Assembly (NCBI RefSeq): GCF_963506605.1
Contig: NC_083290.1
Location: forward strand, 33,852,001-33,916,000
DNA: 64,000 bases
Reading direction: 5' to 3'
Origin: Zootoca vivipara
Taxonomy: Eukaryota
Shown: piece after piece, positions 35,721-49,813 of the stretch
Layout: the number at the start of each line of letters is the position of its first letter
Position numbering within the stretch: the first letter of the stretch is position 1
The notes under the pieces: model-generated
Seen by the model: the letters and a program-made list of their open reading frames with translations, nothing else
What the model was told of the DNA's origin: nothing
Database searches by the model: none
Translations under genes and position numbers: made by a program

Positions 35721-38215
35721 TCCTGCGGTTGGTCAAGGCCAGGGACAGCTCAGTGCGCCACAGTTCTGGAGTTTGGTGGATCTCTAGTTGCAATTGTATC
35801 ATATCTTTTCGCTCTGGAAATCTGGGAGCAGGGAAACACCGAGGGAGGTGGCTAAAGGCTGCCAGGCAATCTCTGGCACCCGCTGGAGTAAATGGAGAGC
35901 CATGCTTTGGGGGTGGTAGTTTCAAGTCTTGATGAAAAGGCAAGAGGGGTTGGTTGATGTTGGTGATTACGACCCTATGAAAGGATGATAATGGGAGACC
36001 GACAAGAGGGCATTCAGGTCTGGGCAGTGTGGGAAGGAGGTCCTCTTTTTTCACTGTGTCCCCCTTCCTCCCTGCCCCATTCTTGTCTTTGTGAGTTTGT
36101 CCAGAGTCTGTTAGACCACCAATCCTGACCCACTGTGTGTCACTTCGTAGATCATTCCCTTTACAGAGCATTTGTCTGTGTAGGAAGATTGGAGCAAAAC
36201 ACGTGCAGATTCTCATGAAAGCCCGTTTGTAGTTTGCCATTATTTTTGTGCCTGCGGTGCATACAACATGCCGGGATGCTACATTTATTTTTATTTTTTT
36301 TCTTCTGGTGCACGTTTGATCCACAGCAAAATATATGCACCTGCAGTGGTTGCGCTTTCCCTGTCCGAAAGGTGTAACATGCAAAAAAGTGCTGTGCATA
36401 TACTCCCCAATGCGCAGCTGCCACGTTGTGGAGTCAACTCCCCCTTCCATGTCACCCAGAATTGAGCACTCTGCCTGCGTGCGGTGAGATCCAGCCTCAC
36501 CCAGAGGCTCTTCTGCTTTGCACTTTCCATTGAGGTAACAGATGGGCCCAAGTGTGATAAAAAGAAGTGCACACAAGGGGATGTGACTGGGTAGAGAAGA
36601 GGCTGTCAGCTGGAGGGTGACTGACCTTTCAGATCCCTGACAATTGAAGGCTCCAGGCCTCCCCTGGCTTGGGGTTCGCACACAGCTTTCCTTAGCAAGA
36701 TTTGTACCAGTCCTTCTCTCTGTGGCCAGAGACAGTGCTACGGTTTTCTGTATGCTCTTTATTTGCTTCCTACCAAAGCCCTTAGTAGTCTCCCTCCCCC
36801 TTTTCTGTGCATGTGTGCGGAAACAAAAATCTTCAGGCCACAAACTCTCCCAGAATCTGTCCACTAGAGGAGGCATCAAGACACACTTTGGAAAAGGATG
36901 CAGCAGCCCGAGGGTACAGCTGGAACCATTGTATGTGTTGGTTTTAAAGCAAAATCAAAAGCTGCAAAACATGCAATGTTGGAAATAAAAATAACCCATC
37001 TTTATTTACCATGGAGGGAAAGTGAGGGATTTTTTTAAAAGTGTTTTAAATTATGGGGCAGTAAAGTGTTCTTGTTTAGAATTTAGGCAGATTTGGTGGG
37101 TGGGTTGGGGGCTGAGAGCTGAGAGCTGAGTTCCAGCTCTTTAGGAGTGAACGGAAAAGAGTTTCAGCATCCCTCTGACCCCCCCCATCTGAATTTCATT
37201 TACAGATGTGATTTTTGTCACTGAAACTTGAAAGGTGATCAGTTTGAGGCTAGTTCTGTCCTGGAGGGTGGGGTGGAAAAGACAAGAAAGGTGAGATTCC
37301 TAGAATTTTATTTTTAGACCCCCCCCCCAAAAAAATTATTACTTGGCCATCTCATGCCTTTAAGAAGCAACCGCTGACAGTATATTCTTGTTGGCGAGGA
37401 GCAGAAAGTTCCATTGAGTGTGGGGCTGTGGACGAGTGTCTCGACCTAGGTCCTTTTTATTACATTGAATGCTATCAAATCTGTGAATGTTGCATGCCAG
37501 TTAGTGCCCTCGCAACTGGCTGTTCCCAATCTCCTGTACTGTGAACATCGAAGGAATGATTTAGTCTGAATGACAATGGCTGCTGAAGGATAATGCCAAG
37601 TGAAAGGCGTGATGGATTCACATTTGCAATGTTTTTTTTTTAAGGGGGGGGGAATGTGACTGATTTTTCATTGCACGTTGCTTCCAGCTGAGAGCAGGCG
37701 CTGGCAACAGGATCCGAGGGAATATGCTGCTCCTGCAAGCAGGGCTGTCGATTAGCTGTGTGTCTGTTCTTAGATCAGCAAACAGGAGCCTGTACTGCTT
37801 CATTAATATTTGCGAGTGTGCAGAGAGGAAGCTGAGTAGACTCCCACAATGAATAAAGTATAGGGTTTTTTTTTTTTAAAGAATTAAACCTGTTGGAAAC
37901 GACACTGATTCAAAGGTTGGCTTAATTCTGCCAAACCCAAAACTCTGTGACCTTTGGTATGGTATTATTAGGGTAAGATCAGAATCAGATATTGTTGGCC
38001 TTGCAGGAAGCATGTGCAAGATAAACTGTGGATGTCAGAAACTCACAGGTACTTTTACTCAGAAGTAAGCTTGTAGTGTATTGAATGAGAATTTTCTTCC
38101 AGGAAAGTGTGTGTAGGATTGGAGCATAAAACCATAAACCTAGGCACACTTTCTTGGGAGCAAGCCCTATTGAACCCGCTGTGACTTGGTTCCAAATTAA
38201 CATACCGTACATAGC

Positions 38216-38399
38216 TACAGTATATTCCTGCGTATAAGACTACTTTTTAACCCAGGAAAATCTTTTCAAAAGTCGGGAGTCGTCTTATATGCTGGGTCGT
38301 TTTATTAATACAGTGAGTATATCCCAAACTCTATATTTTAGCTGGAAAAGTTGGGGGTCGTCTTATACGCCCAGTCATCTTATACGCCAGAATATACGG
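38216..38399. mobile_element. Tigger/mariner-like MITE
   Basis: TIR CAGTATATTCCTGCGTATAAGA...TCTTATACGCCAGAATATACGG flanked by TA. Confidence 0.75.
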
Positions 38400-39081
38400 T
38401 ATGCCTTTTTTTGCATACTGTAGTTAACACCTTGCACAGCTCTTTCTGTCTGAGTTTGCCTTGTTCTCCTGTGGAAACTTCATTGCACACTGGAGAACCT
38501 CGTCGGATGGCCTAGGTTGGCTAGAATTTGCAGATGTGAAAAACAGGATGCCTTCAGGAAGTCCGAGGAATTTTCTTCCACCCATAAGCCTCTGTCAGAA
38601 AGCTTTAGAGGGGAAGAATTATGACAGGGGCTTTCGGAACAAGTCTTCAATGAGTTGCTTGAGACTAGCTATGTGTGTGCATGTTGATTTTCTTATGCTG
38701 CCTGCCACGCTATCCTGACCCCAAAGATGGTTAAAAGGGATTGGATTCAGTGTGGACGTGTGCTTTGTTTGTCAATGCAATTGGATGCTGGTGTCAAATT
38801 ATCGGGGTGTGCCTGAGTCTTGAAGTTCTTAATATTCAGTGATCACTGGTTTTTAGGTTGCTGGTTGTACTTTGGCTGACTTTTTCCATTTGCAAGCCAG
38901 ATTGTCCAGTGGTAGACAATGTGCTACCTTCAGATGATGATGGACCGAAACTCCCATCATCCCTGAGTGTTGACCATGTTGGCTGGGGCTAATGAGAAAA
39001 TGTAGCCCAACAACATTTAGATTGTGCCTTGTTGGCTATCTTTGGTTAAGCGGTAAATAACAAGAATGTACTGGTACTTTC

Positions 39082-39433
39082 GGACGCGGGTAGTGCTGTG
39101 AGTTAAACCACTGAGCCTAGGGCTTGCCGATCAGAAGGTCAGCAGTTCGAATCCCCGCAACGGGGTGAGCTCCCATTGCTCGGTCCCAGCTCCTGCCAAC
39201 CTAGGAGTTCGAAAGCATGTCAAAGTGCAAGTAGATAAATAGGTACCGCTCCGACGGGAAAGTATATGGCGTTTCCGTGTGCTTCTCTGGTTTGCCAGAA
39301 GCGGCTTAGTCATGCTGGCCACATGACCCAGAAGCTGTATGCCGCCTCCCTTGGCCAGTAAAGCGAGATGAGCACCACAACCCCAGAGTCGTCCGTGGCT
39401 GGACCTAATGGTCAGGGGTCCCTTTACCTTTTT
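39082..39433 (+). mobile_element. Sauria SINE (POM-type)
   Basis: Head GGACGCGGGTAGTGCTGTG, B-box GTTCGAATCC, CCTTTACCTTT tail, TSD TACTGGTACTT. Confidence 0.95.
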
Positions 39434-40349
39434 TACTGGTACTTCAGTTCTGTGTTAAGACTGAATAAGAAGGCAAGTCAGGGTGATTTGCAGGGTCCCC
39501 TAAGTCAAAGTGCAATGGCAATATGCTGTCCCAAGTCAGATCGGAGCCCCTGCAAAACCTTGTTTTTCTCTGTTTCTTTGCTATATATATCTCTGTGTTT
39601 CTCTAGGTCCATGGGTTTTGCAAGAATTGAGACTGTCCAAAATGTTGCCCTGTAGAGCACTGAAGAACTCTGAATTGTGCTTTATTAAAAGCACAGCAGT
39701 GGAGATGTATTTTTTTGTTGAAAGTTGAAAGCATCGTTTATGTTTTAAGAAAACAAAAAACAGCGCCATCCTAGAATTCTTCAGAACTCTGCTGGGAGCA
39801 TGCTACTCAGCCTTGCATTGTAAAGCCTATCAGAGACCTGTAAAGGCCTATCAGAAGACACAAACAGCCACCAGAAAGAAAGGTGGATGTGAAGCTGCAG
39901 AGTTTTAAAAATGTACAAGCAAGAATGCACTCCACTTGGTCGCTGCTTAATTATTTTAAGGCGAGAAAGAGACAAACCCATGTACCCCACCCCAGAAAGG
40001 ATTATGGAGGAAGTGAATCACTTTTACTTCCCTTACAAAAGACCCCTATATCTATTTGTCCACAATTTGCTAGGGTTAATCCACTCTGGAGAGATTTCTC
40101 TACCTGTAAATTTCATCCAATTATATTTCATCAATTCCCCATTATAGTGAATGGGAACCAAGGGCTCTGTTTGTTTCTTTGTTTATTTTGTAAATACACA
40201 GTAGCTCAGAACATGAAATATCAAAGTAGAGAGAACATAGAGCGACTCAGAAACAGATCACTTTTTTTAAAAAAAAAAGAAGCTACAGATACAAGGCTAG
40301 TCTTGAGACATGTGTACACCCCTAATAAATAACTTCCACCAGAGCTATA

Positions 40350-40590
40350 CAGTGGTACCTCGGTTTAAGAACAGTCCGGTTTAAGAATGATTTGGTTTAC
40401 AAACTCTGCAATACCAGAAATAGTGTTTTGGTTTGAGAACTTTACCTCGGTCTAAGAACGGAATCCGAATGGTGGAAGGGCACCGGTGGCGGGAGGCCTT
40501 ATTAGGGAAAGTGTGCCTCAGTTTAAGAATGGTTTTGGTTTAAGAATGGACTTCCGGAATGGATTAGGTTCATAAACCGAGGTACCGCTG
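40350..40590. mobile_element. Tc1/mariner (pogo-type) MITE, short relative of 6220-7776
   Basis: TIR CAGTGGTACCTCGGTTTA...TAAACCGAGGTACCGCTG, TA TSD. Confidence 0.9.
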
Positions 40591-41555
40591 TACTCTGCAC
40601 TGTCAATTGGCTTTTTCTTGTTTCCATGTGCTTTCACCTCCCTCTAACCCCCCCCCCCTATAATTTTTAGTTGTCTTGAGAAACTTGAAGCTTTTCAGAA
40701 GAAGCCCCACTTTGAATTGTCTGTATCTGACGTTGGAAGCTGTCTTATATGAAGGATCCCAGTAATACCTACTCTGACTGGCAGCAGTTCTCTAGTGTCC
40801 TAAATAGTTAATTTCCCCCACCCTACCCCATCACTTTCTACCCGGATTTTTTTTACTGGAAGATACCAGAGATTGAACCTGAGAACATCTCCATGCAAAA
40901 CATCTACTTTACTACTGTGCTATTAATACAGCACAGAATGGACTAGAAGGTAGGCAATTGGAGTCGAAACTGTATTCACGTTAGGCTAATCATAAAGGGC
41001 ACGGCTTCTCTGTAGCTTTCAGTGCTTGACTAGGAGTGAAGATGCCGCTTCCCTATGGCGTTTGGTCACCCTGGCTTTTTCATCCTCTCCCACTGAATCA
41101 TTGTGCAGCCTTGGTCATGTCCCTCGGCCTTCATTCTCCTCCTATAACTTGGGGAGTTTCCTCCTGGAGCTATTTCCCAAATATTGACAGTTAAGGTTGT
41201 AAAACACTTAGAAGCACTTGAGGAACATCATATAAATGTGTAAGTAGTAAGTGATATGTGGTGAGAATGGCTTATGAGCATCTTCAGTGTAGCGCCTGAG
41301 CAACTGAAGAAAAGACGCAGTAGTAAAAGTTAGACATTCTCTGGTCCTGTGCTTTTAAACATCAGCTTGGTATGGAGCAATGATCAGCGTATGGATAGAA
41401 GTATTATCATTTGCTGATGTTTGCCCATAAAGCTGCTGTGAGAAAGCACAGAACAGGAGCTGGCAATGGATCTGAAGCAGTCTAGCAATGCCAAGCTTGA
41501 CTCAGGTGGCATTGCACAAAGGATGCTGAGACAAGTACCAGTAGTTAGTTTTATT

Positions 41556-41963
41556 CAGTGGTACCTCCGGTTGCGGACGGGATCCGCTCTGGAGGTCCGG
41601 TCGGATCCCAAGGTTTCTGCAACCTGAGGACCGCTTCTGCGAAAGCGCAGACCACTTCTGCGCATGCGTGCGCGGCAAAACCCAATAAAATGCTTCCCGG
41701 TTTGCCCCGCACGCATCCCAAAGTTTACGTAACCAGTCGTACCTCGGAAGTCGGACGGAATTTGTTCCAGAAGTCTGTTCAACTTCCAAAACATTCGGAA
41801 AACAAAGTGCAACTTCTGATTGGTTTGCAATTGTGGCAGGCGCACCGGAAACAATAGCAGAAGCCGTGCCAGATGTTAGACTTCCAAAAAAAGTTCAAAA
41901 ACCGGAACACTCACTTCCAGAACGTTTTGACTCCCAAGGCGTTTGGGGGCCGAGGTACGACTG
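41556..41963. mobile_element. Two abutting pogo-type MITEs (left half 41556-41733; complete element 41734-41963)
   Basis: CAGTGGTACCTC start; second TIR pair CAGTCGTACCTCGG...CCGAGGTACGACTG. Confidence 0.8.
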
Positions 41964-42305
41964 CACTGTGCTACCCGCCAACCACTTTGCCAACTCTCCT
42001 TCCTCCACACCTGCCAACCCATTCTCCCTCTACACCTGAGCAAACATCTCTCCCTTTACACCTTGCCCACCCCCTGGCCTATCCCTTCACAGTTTGCCTA
42101 AACCTCAACTTGCCCTTCATTCACAGCTCTCCCCAAGCCTCACCCCCTTTTAAAGCAGGGGGGGCTGCACTTCAGAGAGGGGTTTGGCAAACTGCTCTCT
42201 GAAGCACCTCCCTCCCTTAAACAGCTTGCCTGGCCATTTGCCATCCATACTGATTGTTCACCTGCCTACTGTTCTGTAGTCACACTGGAGCTGGCGTTGC
42301 CACCT

Positions 42306-42400
42306 AAAAGGTAAAGGTAAAGGGACCCCTGACCATTAGGTCCAGTCGTGACCGACTCTGGGGTTGCGCGCTCATCTCGCATTATTGGCCAAGGGAGCCA
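42306..42400 (-). mobile_element. 5'-truncated Sauria SINE
   Basis: Matches the 3' end of the 16819 copy. Confidence 0.9.
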
Positions 42401-43348
42401 AAACAACTATAGCATGATGACAGCCTTACATGTTTATGTATATAGGAAGACATGGAGAAGGACTGCAGCTCAATGATAAGAGTAAATGCAGCCAGTAGCC
42501 ATCGGCTAACTGAAGATTTATTGATGTTTGTGTGAAAGAGTTTTGTCATCCTGAAACAGCAATTAAAAAAACAATAGTGAGGCAGGTCTTTCTAAAATAA
42601 TCCAAGTCTTTTTCTCTCTCTGGAATTTATTGTTACCAGAATGCTCTCTGTCCCACCTATAGCTCAAAGTCAGTGCAATTTGTGTGTCTCTGTGTGAATA
42701 TCCTTCCATATAATCCAAATACTAGAGTTCCTCCTTCCTCCCCTGGAAAGCTGTCTAGCTAATTGAGGCCAGGCAGTGCTTGGCTGTGTCACCCGCTAAG
42801 AGGTTTGGCTTTTTTTAAAAAAACAAAACATCTGAGAGTTTGGCAGACTCTAGGCTTTTCAATTTCATATGGTGGCAGATGATGCTGGTGGGAGGTGAGG
42901 GGGAAGAAGGAAATGGCACCAGCGGATTCCTCGACAGTTGCTGACTGCTACTGTTTTTGCGTCATTGTTTCGAGTTCCTGGGATCCTTATATGGGCAGAT
43001 CTCAGACTGGATCCTGTTCGCAGATCCTGGGAAGAAAGGGACATAACTCAAGGGCAGAGCACACATTCTTTGGTGTGTGCATGTGCCCAAAGGTCCAATC
43101 CCCAGCATCTCCAGGTAGGACCAGGAGAGACTTTTGCCTGGAGTGTCACTGTAGCGTACAAAGCACTGAACTACATGGAGCAATGGCCAAAAATCATAGA
43201 ATTGTAGAGTTAGAAGGGACCCCAAGGATCATCTAGCTCAGTCACAGCCAGCATTGTCAAAAGTCAGGGATGATGGGAGTGGTAGTCTAGAAACATTTGA
43301 AGGGCACAAGTTCTTCACCCCTTAAGCTAGAGCAGTGGCTCCCAATTA

Positions 43349-43586
43349 CAGCGGTACCTCTACTTACGAATTTAATGCGTTCCGAACGCACATCCGTAAG
43401 TCGAAAAAAATTGTAAGTTGAATCCCATAGGAATGCATTGGGAGAAAAAATTCGTAAGTCGAAGCAACCCTATCTAAATATTCGTAAGTAGAAAAAATCT
43501 AAACCGCATCCAAGATGGCGGACGGAGCTCTGTTCGTAAGTAGAAACATTCGTAAGTAGAGTTATTCGTAAGTAGAGGTACCACTG
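43349..43586. mobile_element. Tc1/mariner (pogo-type) MITE
   Basis: TIR CAGCGGTACCTCTACTTACGAAT...ATTCGTAAGTAGAGGTACCACTG, TA TSD; related to 20522-20815. Confidence 0.9.
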
Positions 43587-43935
43587 TAGCTAACTACTGC
43601 AGACCCTCTGTTTTTCAAAAGCCAATTTAAAGTGCGGCTTATATTCATGACCTTACGAGCGTCAGAGCGGCGCCCCACCCCCCGAGCAGCCCAGGAGCGT
43701 GGGGCAATGGCACACCACCTGCCTGCCTCTCTCAAGCCTCTCCTGAGTGCCGGAAAGAAGGGGGCAGGGGGGAAGGCTGCCAGCAAAGCGGTGTGGTCCC
43801 CCCCCTAGGAAGCAGACTGGGTATTGTCTTTTCCCCCTCCCCCCTTTCAATTTTAAAGGTGTGGCTTATTTTCAGGTGTGGCTTATATTCGGGCCAATAT
43901 GGTAATTCCCAGTTCTATCTGGAGATGCCTGGGAT

Positions 43936-44180
43936 GAAGAAGAAGAGTTTGGACTTGATATCCCGCTTTATCACTACCCGAAGGAGTCTCAAAGCGGCTA
44001 ACATTCTCCTTTCCCTTCCTCCCCCAAAACAGACACCCTGTGAGGTGGGTGGGGCTGAGAGACTTCAAAGAAGTGTGACTAGCCCAAGGTCACCCAGCAG
44101 CTGCATGTGGAGGAGCGGAGACGCGAACCCGGTTCCCCAGATTACGAGTCTACCGCTCTTAACCACTACACCACATTGGG
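43936..44180 (-). mobile_element. Squam3-type tRNA/CORE SINE inserted in an older SINE
   Basis: Minus strand TGGTGTAGTGGTTAAG A-box, GGTTCGCGTC B-box, CORE-like GTGACCTTGGGC, (TTC)n tail. Confidence 0.8.
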
Positions 44181-46431
44181 ATTGAGACCTTCTGCATGCG
44201 GAGCAGATGTCCAACCGCTGAGCTATGGCCCCAACCCACCCCAAGGCTCACTATTTTCTTCTCATCAGCCAAAGCCCAGGACAAACCTTGCCTTCTGCTC
44301 ATGGTTTGTTTGAAGAGGAACCTACATGTCATGAGCAGGGATTTCAGCCCCCAGCCCCACACGCTATCGGCTGCACCCCACTGTTTATTGGAAATGATCA
44401 GATGGAAAAGCTGGAGGCAGAGCCAGGAAAAGTTCTGCTGTTCCACTGCTTCAGAACTTGCAGTGCTGACCCCCCCCCTTTCCACTCTTGTCAGAGGTGT
44501 GAATCTGAAAAATGATGAAGCTGGTTAAGGGAGCCAAGGCAAACAAAATAATTTTAGCCTACATGCTGCTCTTGTGGAGACAAGAGGGTGACTCGCAAAT
44601 GTTCCCAGTAAGCTCTGGTCACCTCCCTGACCTGCTTTGGTGGTGGGTAGAGAAAAGGCCTCTTTAAGCTATGGGATGTAAGAAGTAGCCAGAAGCAACT
44701 TGGGGAGGGACCAAAGAACACAGGCTTTTGTCTTTCTTTCCTTGTTATGGGGGTGGGGAAATGGCCTCCATTGTGCAACTCTTTTCTCTCTTTCTGCTGC
44801 TGTAATCTTGGGGAGGGTGAATTTGCAACTGAATTCACAGGCACTGTTAAAGGACACCAAAAAAAGAGAAAGAAGTGGTTTTGTTGTTTCATGGGTTTTT
44901 CTTTCTTTCTCTTCTTCTTCTTTGCTAGGGGAAAATGGCCCTGCTCATTCTTTGCCTTGTTAGGATCAAGACAGATTAGCTGTTTTTAAGGTGTTCTTTT
45001 GAGTCTGACGTCTATAGCAACAGTTGGAGGCAGGATCAGAATGTGAAATGGTTGTGGGACCCTGAATGCTGAAGCGTCAAACAAATCGAAGTGTCCAAGG
45101 GTTGGGAGGTGACAACACTGAATGTGTTGGGTGGGTGGGTGTATAATGTGTAATTGGGTGTTTTGGGGAGGTAGCAGAGTAAGATACTGAAATCCCACTC
45201 CAGAGCCACACCTGAGATGTGGAAAGTTCAGGTGGCACTTTTTCTTACTCATTCCTGCAAGCTGCAAATTACCGGTACTTTCTTTTAGCCGTTGTGCATC
45301 ATCTTTCCAGCCAGAGCAGCTATCAAGGCTGCTTACAATAAGGTACAGATAAAAAAGGATACAGAGCTAACCTGTATGAGTGATAAAAGAAGCAGTAATC
45401 ATAAAAAAGGAGTAAAATTGAAGGCTCGGTTGAGTAAAAATGACTCGGCAGTGGCCATAGCAGCTAAATTTTAACAGATCTGCGGCCACCATGCCCTGTA
45501 ATGTTGTTGAGCTGCGGGCAAGTCTCATTTCAGTTGTTTGTGGGGGTAGAAGCAGCTGTTGGTTGCTAATGGGTTAACATTCTGCAGCCCCCTGGTTCAT
45601 TTTTATAAACATCTGCTAAAAGTAGAAGATTTGGATTTTCTCTGTTCACAAAGGATTTGCATGTCCTTGATTCAAGGGCTTCTGATGGGTTTTATTTCAT
45701 TCCCGGATTAATAAACTCGGAGTAACCGGCTGCCGCATGGACAGAGTTACTTAGCTAGCTATCAGCATTAGTTGGCATTTGGGAGTGGTTTCAGACTGAA
45801 GCCAGCTCCAGTTCCTGTGTGTGTAAGCACTAAGTGGGGGAGAATTGACAGTGGCAGAACCCTTGAAATTATTCCTCCTGCTGGCAGCCTCCTGGAGAGA
45901 TGATGGAGAATGGAACTGAAGGTCTTTGAAATGTGCTGGGATAATGGCAGAGGAAGGGAAAAAAACTCATTTCACCAGGTCATAAAGTGTCCAGCCTGAA
46001 TTTAGCTCTTAGCCAGCATGTGGCAACCTGTGTACTGTACAAGGACGGGGGGGGGGGGGGGATGGGAATTGATGTATCGCAGCCTGTGTGCCCATGACAG
46101 TCGACAGTAGCCCAATGACCCTAACATCTTCTACTTCAGGATTGTTGACATGTGGCGAGCAGGAGGATACATTGATCTTTCTGCATCTGAGGTCTGAACC
46201 GTGAAGTAGTAGTAAAGCATGCCACTAGGCATGTGAAGAGTGACTTTCTGTATTCACTGAAGAATTTGTAGCTTCACTGAAGAATTTGAAACCTAAGGGT
46301 TTCTGGGTTAAAAGATATGACTTGGAGGCAGACTTGAGCCTTATGTTTCGCAGGGCCATGAAGTCTCTTTTTCTCCATCTTGCCCCCAGGAAACTTTGTT
46401 CCATCTCTCCTAGTTGCTGCAACTTCTAAAG

Positions 46432-46567
46432 CAGGCATCCCCAAACTTCGGCCCTCCAGATGTTTTGGACTACAATTCCCATCTTCCCCGACCACTGGTC
46501 CTGTTAGCTAGGGACCATGGGAGTTGTAGGCCAAAACATCTGGAGGGCCGCAGTTTGGGGATGCCTG
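46432..46567 (+). mobile_element. hAT MITE (CAGGCATCCCC family)
   Basis: Long near-perfect TIRs; perfect TSD TTCTAAAG. Confidence 0.95.
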
Positions 46568-47501
46568 TTCTAAAGACATTTCCTTCACAATTCTGAAGCT
46601 ACATTGATGAGGGCTAGAAACTTGATATTTTTAAAAGTGAGTTTAAGCAACCAGGGTGGGATAGAAGAATGCACTCAAAGCCTTGAAAGTAGCATTCTCT
46701 TCTGCCCTCCCCTTCCCACATCCTTCACTGCTCAAGCCTTGTCTCCTCCTCCTCAAAGCCTTGCCACTCTGCTTCAGACATCAGACCTTCTAAGGAGGAC
46801 TCCCGACGCTTTGTGTCTTCCATACAGCACTTAATACTGGTGTATAATGGCTGGTGTATAAGAAATGCCAAATGGTAGCAGTATAATTGTTTGCAGGGCT
46901 GTTTGCTCAAAATGTGGAGTTTTCCAATTTGTTTAGGAGCAGTAGCCCAAATGCTAAGGGGGCTGGAGCAATGCATGAGACTATTTTGTTGGGAAGATGC
47001 ATAAGTGGGGGCTTGATATGACAGAAGCTTGCAAACTTATGCATCGTGTGGAGAAAGTGGATATAGACCTGTTTTCCTACTGCATTTCAAAATGCCAGAA
47101 CTAGGGGTCATCCAGGGAAACATGCAGAACATTTATAGCACTATTATACTATTTTAGGGGAGTATGGGGTGTTAGGGGAGGGGGTAGTACCTTTGAGGGA
47201 GACACATAATGCTCCTTCTGGGGCAGTTTGCCTGTCTTTGGTCCCCACCTGCTCTCAGCTCTCACCTGTGGCTCCTAGAAGCTGTCGGCATGTGACAGTG
47301 GCCACATCCCGGAGAATGGCTTCGACTGGCAGGCTAAACCAGGTGAAGTTAGTTCATGGGTCTCAAACCTTCAGTGAGTTACAGACTTCCCCTGCATGAG
47401 AAGACAGGCTCTGGTGAATTGAGTGTTCAAGAAGGTGGTTTCTGCATGTGCTGCAGAGGGAAGTGAGGGCTCATCAACCTGGGAAAGTGTTCCATCTAGG
47501 A

Positions 47502-47637
47502 CAGGCATCCCCAAACTTCGGCCCTCCAGATGTATTGGACTACAATTCCCATAATCCCTGGCCACTGGTCCTGTTAGCCAGGGATCATGGGAGTTGTAGG
47601 CCAAAACATCTGGAGGGCCGCAGTTTGTTGATGCCTG
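47502..47637 (+). mobile_element. hAT MITE (CAGGCATCCCC family)
   Basis: TIRs; perfect TSD ATCTAGGA. Confidence 0.95.
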
Positions 47638-48734
47638 ATCTAGGAGAAGGAAAGTTCTGATCCTAAACATCCACTGCCTTGCAAGAGAAGAAAAGGCTAA
47701 GGAGTAAACCCAACACAAATCTCAGTGGAGTCCCTAAGACAGTTGGATTTGGCACCTGGTACACTGCCTTCTGGCAACTCCTGCAGCCAAGCTGGTGTCA
47801 AACGTTTTGCTCTGCTTTCTTTTGGACCACATCAGCGAGGCCGAGAGGGGGTCTTTTCGTCTGGGCAGCTCAGGAGTTCCATAAACGCTGCCTAGGCTTG
47901 TGCCCTGAGCAAGTCACTTCGGTGCTGCTAATGCAGCCGTTTTACTTCACCACTAAAGAAATACTCCATTGTCTCTTGAGGCAGATGGATGCCAACGACA
48001 ATACCACTTTGATTGTCTTGGCTTCCACCAAAGACTCCTGGGAACTGCAGTTTAAGGATGCTGAGAGCTGTTAGGAGGCTCATCGCAGAGATCAATTTCC
48101 CAGTGCCTGTAGCAAACTACAATTTCCAGTGGTTTAAAATGGATGGTGTGGATGCGACCTCGGTGTCTCTACCAGCTAAGGCTTGCAAAGCACGAAAGTG
48201 CATAAGAAGGACCTGGTGAAATCTCAGAAAGCACAGGGGTGTGTGTGTCCAAATTAGATTTCCAGTGGGTGGGGCCTCACTGACATGCAATCGCATTGTT
48301 CCCTCCCCACAATTAGGCTAAGCAGAATAAATTATACATAAGGTGCAAATGGGCTTAATTTCCATAATTTATACAAATTGCAGACAATGATGGCCGAGGA
48401 AATTTCTGTGCCTGAGGCAGAAAATGAAATGTTGCATACTCCCCCTGCACAATATAAATAGTAATGGAGCTGTCACCTGATTCATCAATTAATTGGCAAA
48501 GATCTTTGTTTCTTTCTTAATTCATTTATTTAAATTTGTGGTTGCATATAAACAGATGCTCCGAAGCATTTATCTTTTCTTAGGCGATGCTTGGGTTGTA
48601 CTAGAGATCTTCGCCTTAGAAGAGGCCTTCTTTCCTGTGTGGGAAAGATGGTAGGAATGCTGGCAGGATCTACCAGGTCTGCCTATCTAGATCTGCCCTG
48701 GGTAGGAAGAGGTCTTTCCTGGGTCTCAGCCGGT

Positions 48735-49095
48735 GGATGGCTTTTCCTTAGCACAGGCTGAACGTTGGAAGATTGAAAACAAGCCAAAGAAGGTACTGCT
48801 TCACGCAGTGCATAATTAAACGATGAAATTTGTTCCTGCAAGAGGCAGCGATGGCCACAAACATGGATGGCTTTAAAAGAGGATTAGACAAATGCATGGA
48901 GGATAAAGCTATCAATGGCTACAAACCTCCGGGGATGAAGGCAGCATGCTTCTGAGTAACTGTTGCTGGAAACCACAGGGAGAAAGTGCTGCTGCACTTG
49001 GGTCTTGTTGGGTCTTGCTGGGACTTCCCATAGGCATCTAGTTGACCACTATGAAATGCTGGATCAGAGGGGCTACTGGCTGATCCAGGAGGCTG
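48735..49095 (+). mobile_element. CR1 LINE 3' fragment
   Basis: GATGGCTTTAAAAGAGGATTAGACAAAT..ATGGAGGATAA motif; homologous to 61615-62170. Confidence 0.7.
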
Positions 49096-49233
49096 CACTT
49101 ACATTCTTATGGCTGCATCAATATATTTTGCTGCTCAAGGCAAAGGACATGATGGCATATCCCCCCCCCCCCAATTCTGTGTACAGAAGTTGAATCTTCC
49201 TTCAGTACTAGCAGTGGGATTATGTTCTCATTT

Positions 49234-49375
49234 AGAATCATAGAATTGTAGAGTTGGAAGGGGGCACAAGTGTCATATATTCCAAGCCCCTGCAAAGCAG
49301 AATTATTTTGCCCAACGTGAGACTCGAACCCACAGCCCTGAGATGAAGAGTCTCATGCTCTACCAATGGAACTGT
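49234..49375 (-). mobile_element. tRNA-Lys-derived SINE with CR1-like tail
   Basis: Minus strand GGTAGAGCATGAGACTCTT..GGGTTCGAGTCTCACGTTGGGC then CCTTCCAACTCTACAATTCTATGATTCTA. Confidence 0.75.
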
Positions 49376-49813
49376 TTGGACAGAGGCCGGCACAGTTAGG
49401 GGGATGGAGGATGAAATGCGTGGCATGCTTGCAGCTCTATCTTCCAGCAAAAGGGAGCTCATGAGGGACAGCTGGGGGACTGTCACCGCTGCCCCTTAGT
49501 ATTTTATTCCCGGGAATCATCTCAAACCATGAAAAAACAACATTAAAACACATGTGAATACAATCTCTATGTCAATGTATTTAGAGGATTGAAAATCTCC
49601 ACTTAAAAGGCTTGTTGGAAGAGGAAGGTCTTCGATAGGCACCCAAAATACTGCAAAGAGGGCACCTGTCTGATATGTAATGGGAGGGAGGTCCAGAGGG
49701 TGGGCGCCACACTCTGAAAGTACGATTCCTACATCATACAAAATGGACTTCCCAATAAGAAGGCATCTGCGGAGTGCAGTAGTGAACTGGATTGCAAGGG
49801 CGGAGACTATATT

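Noticed and set aside
35542-36879. 445-aa minus-strand ORF
   Set aside because: Antisense to intron 1, no recognisable domain or coding-like composition; most likely a chance open frame.
49305-49375. tRNA-Lys gene
   Set aside because: 5' acceptor stem is degraded and it is fused to a CR1-like tail, so it is a SINE head; the same applies to 25895-25955.
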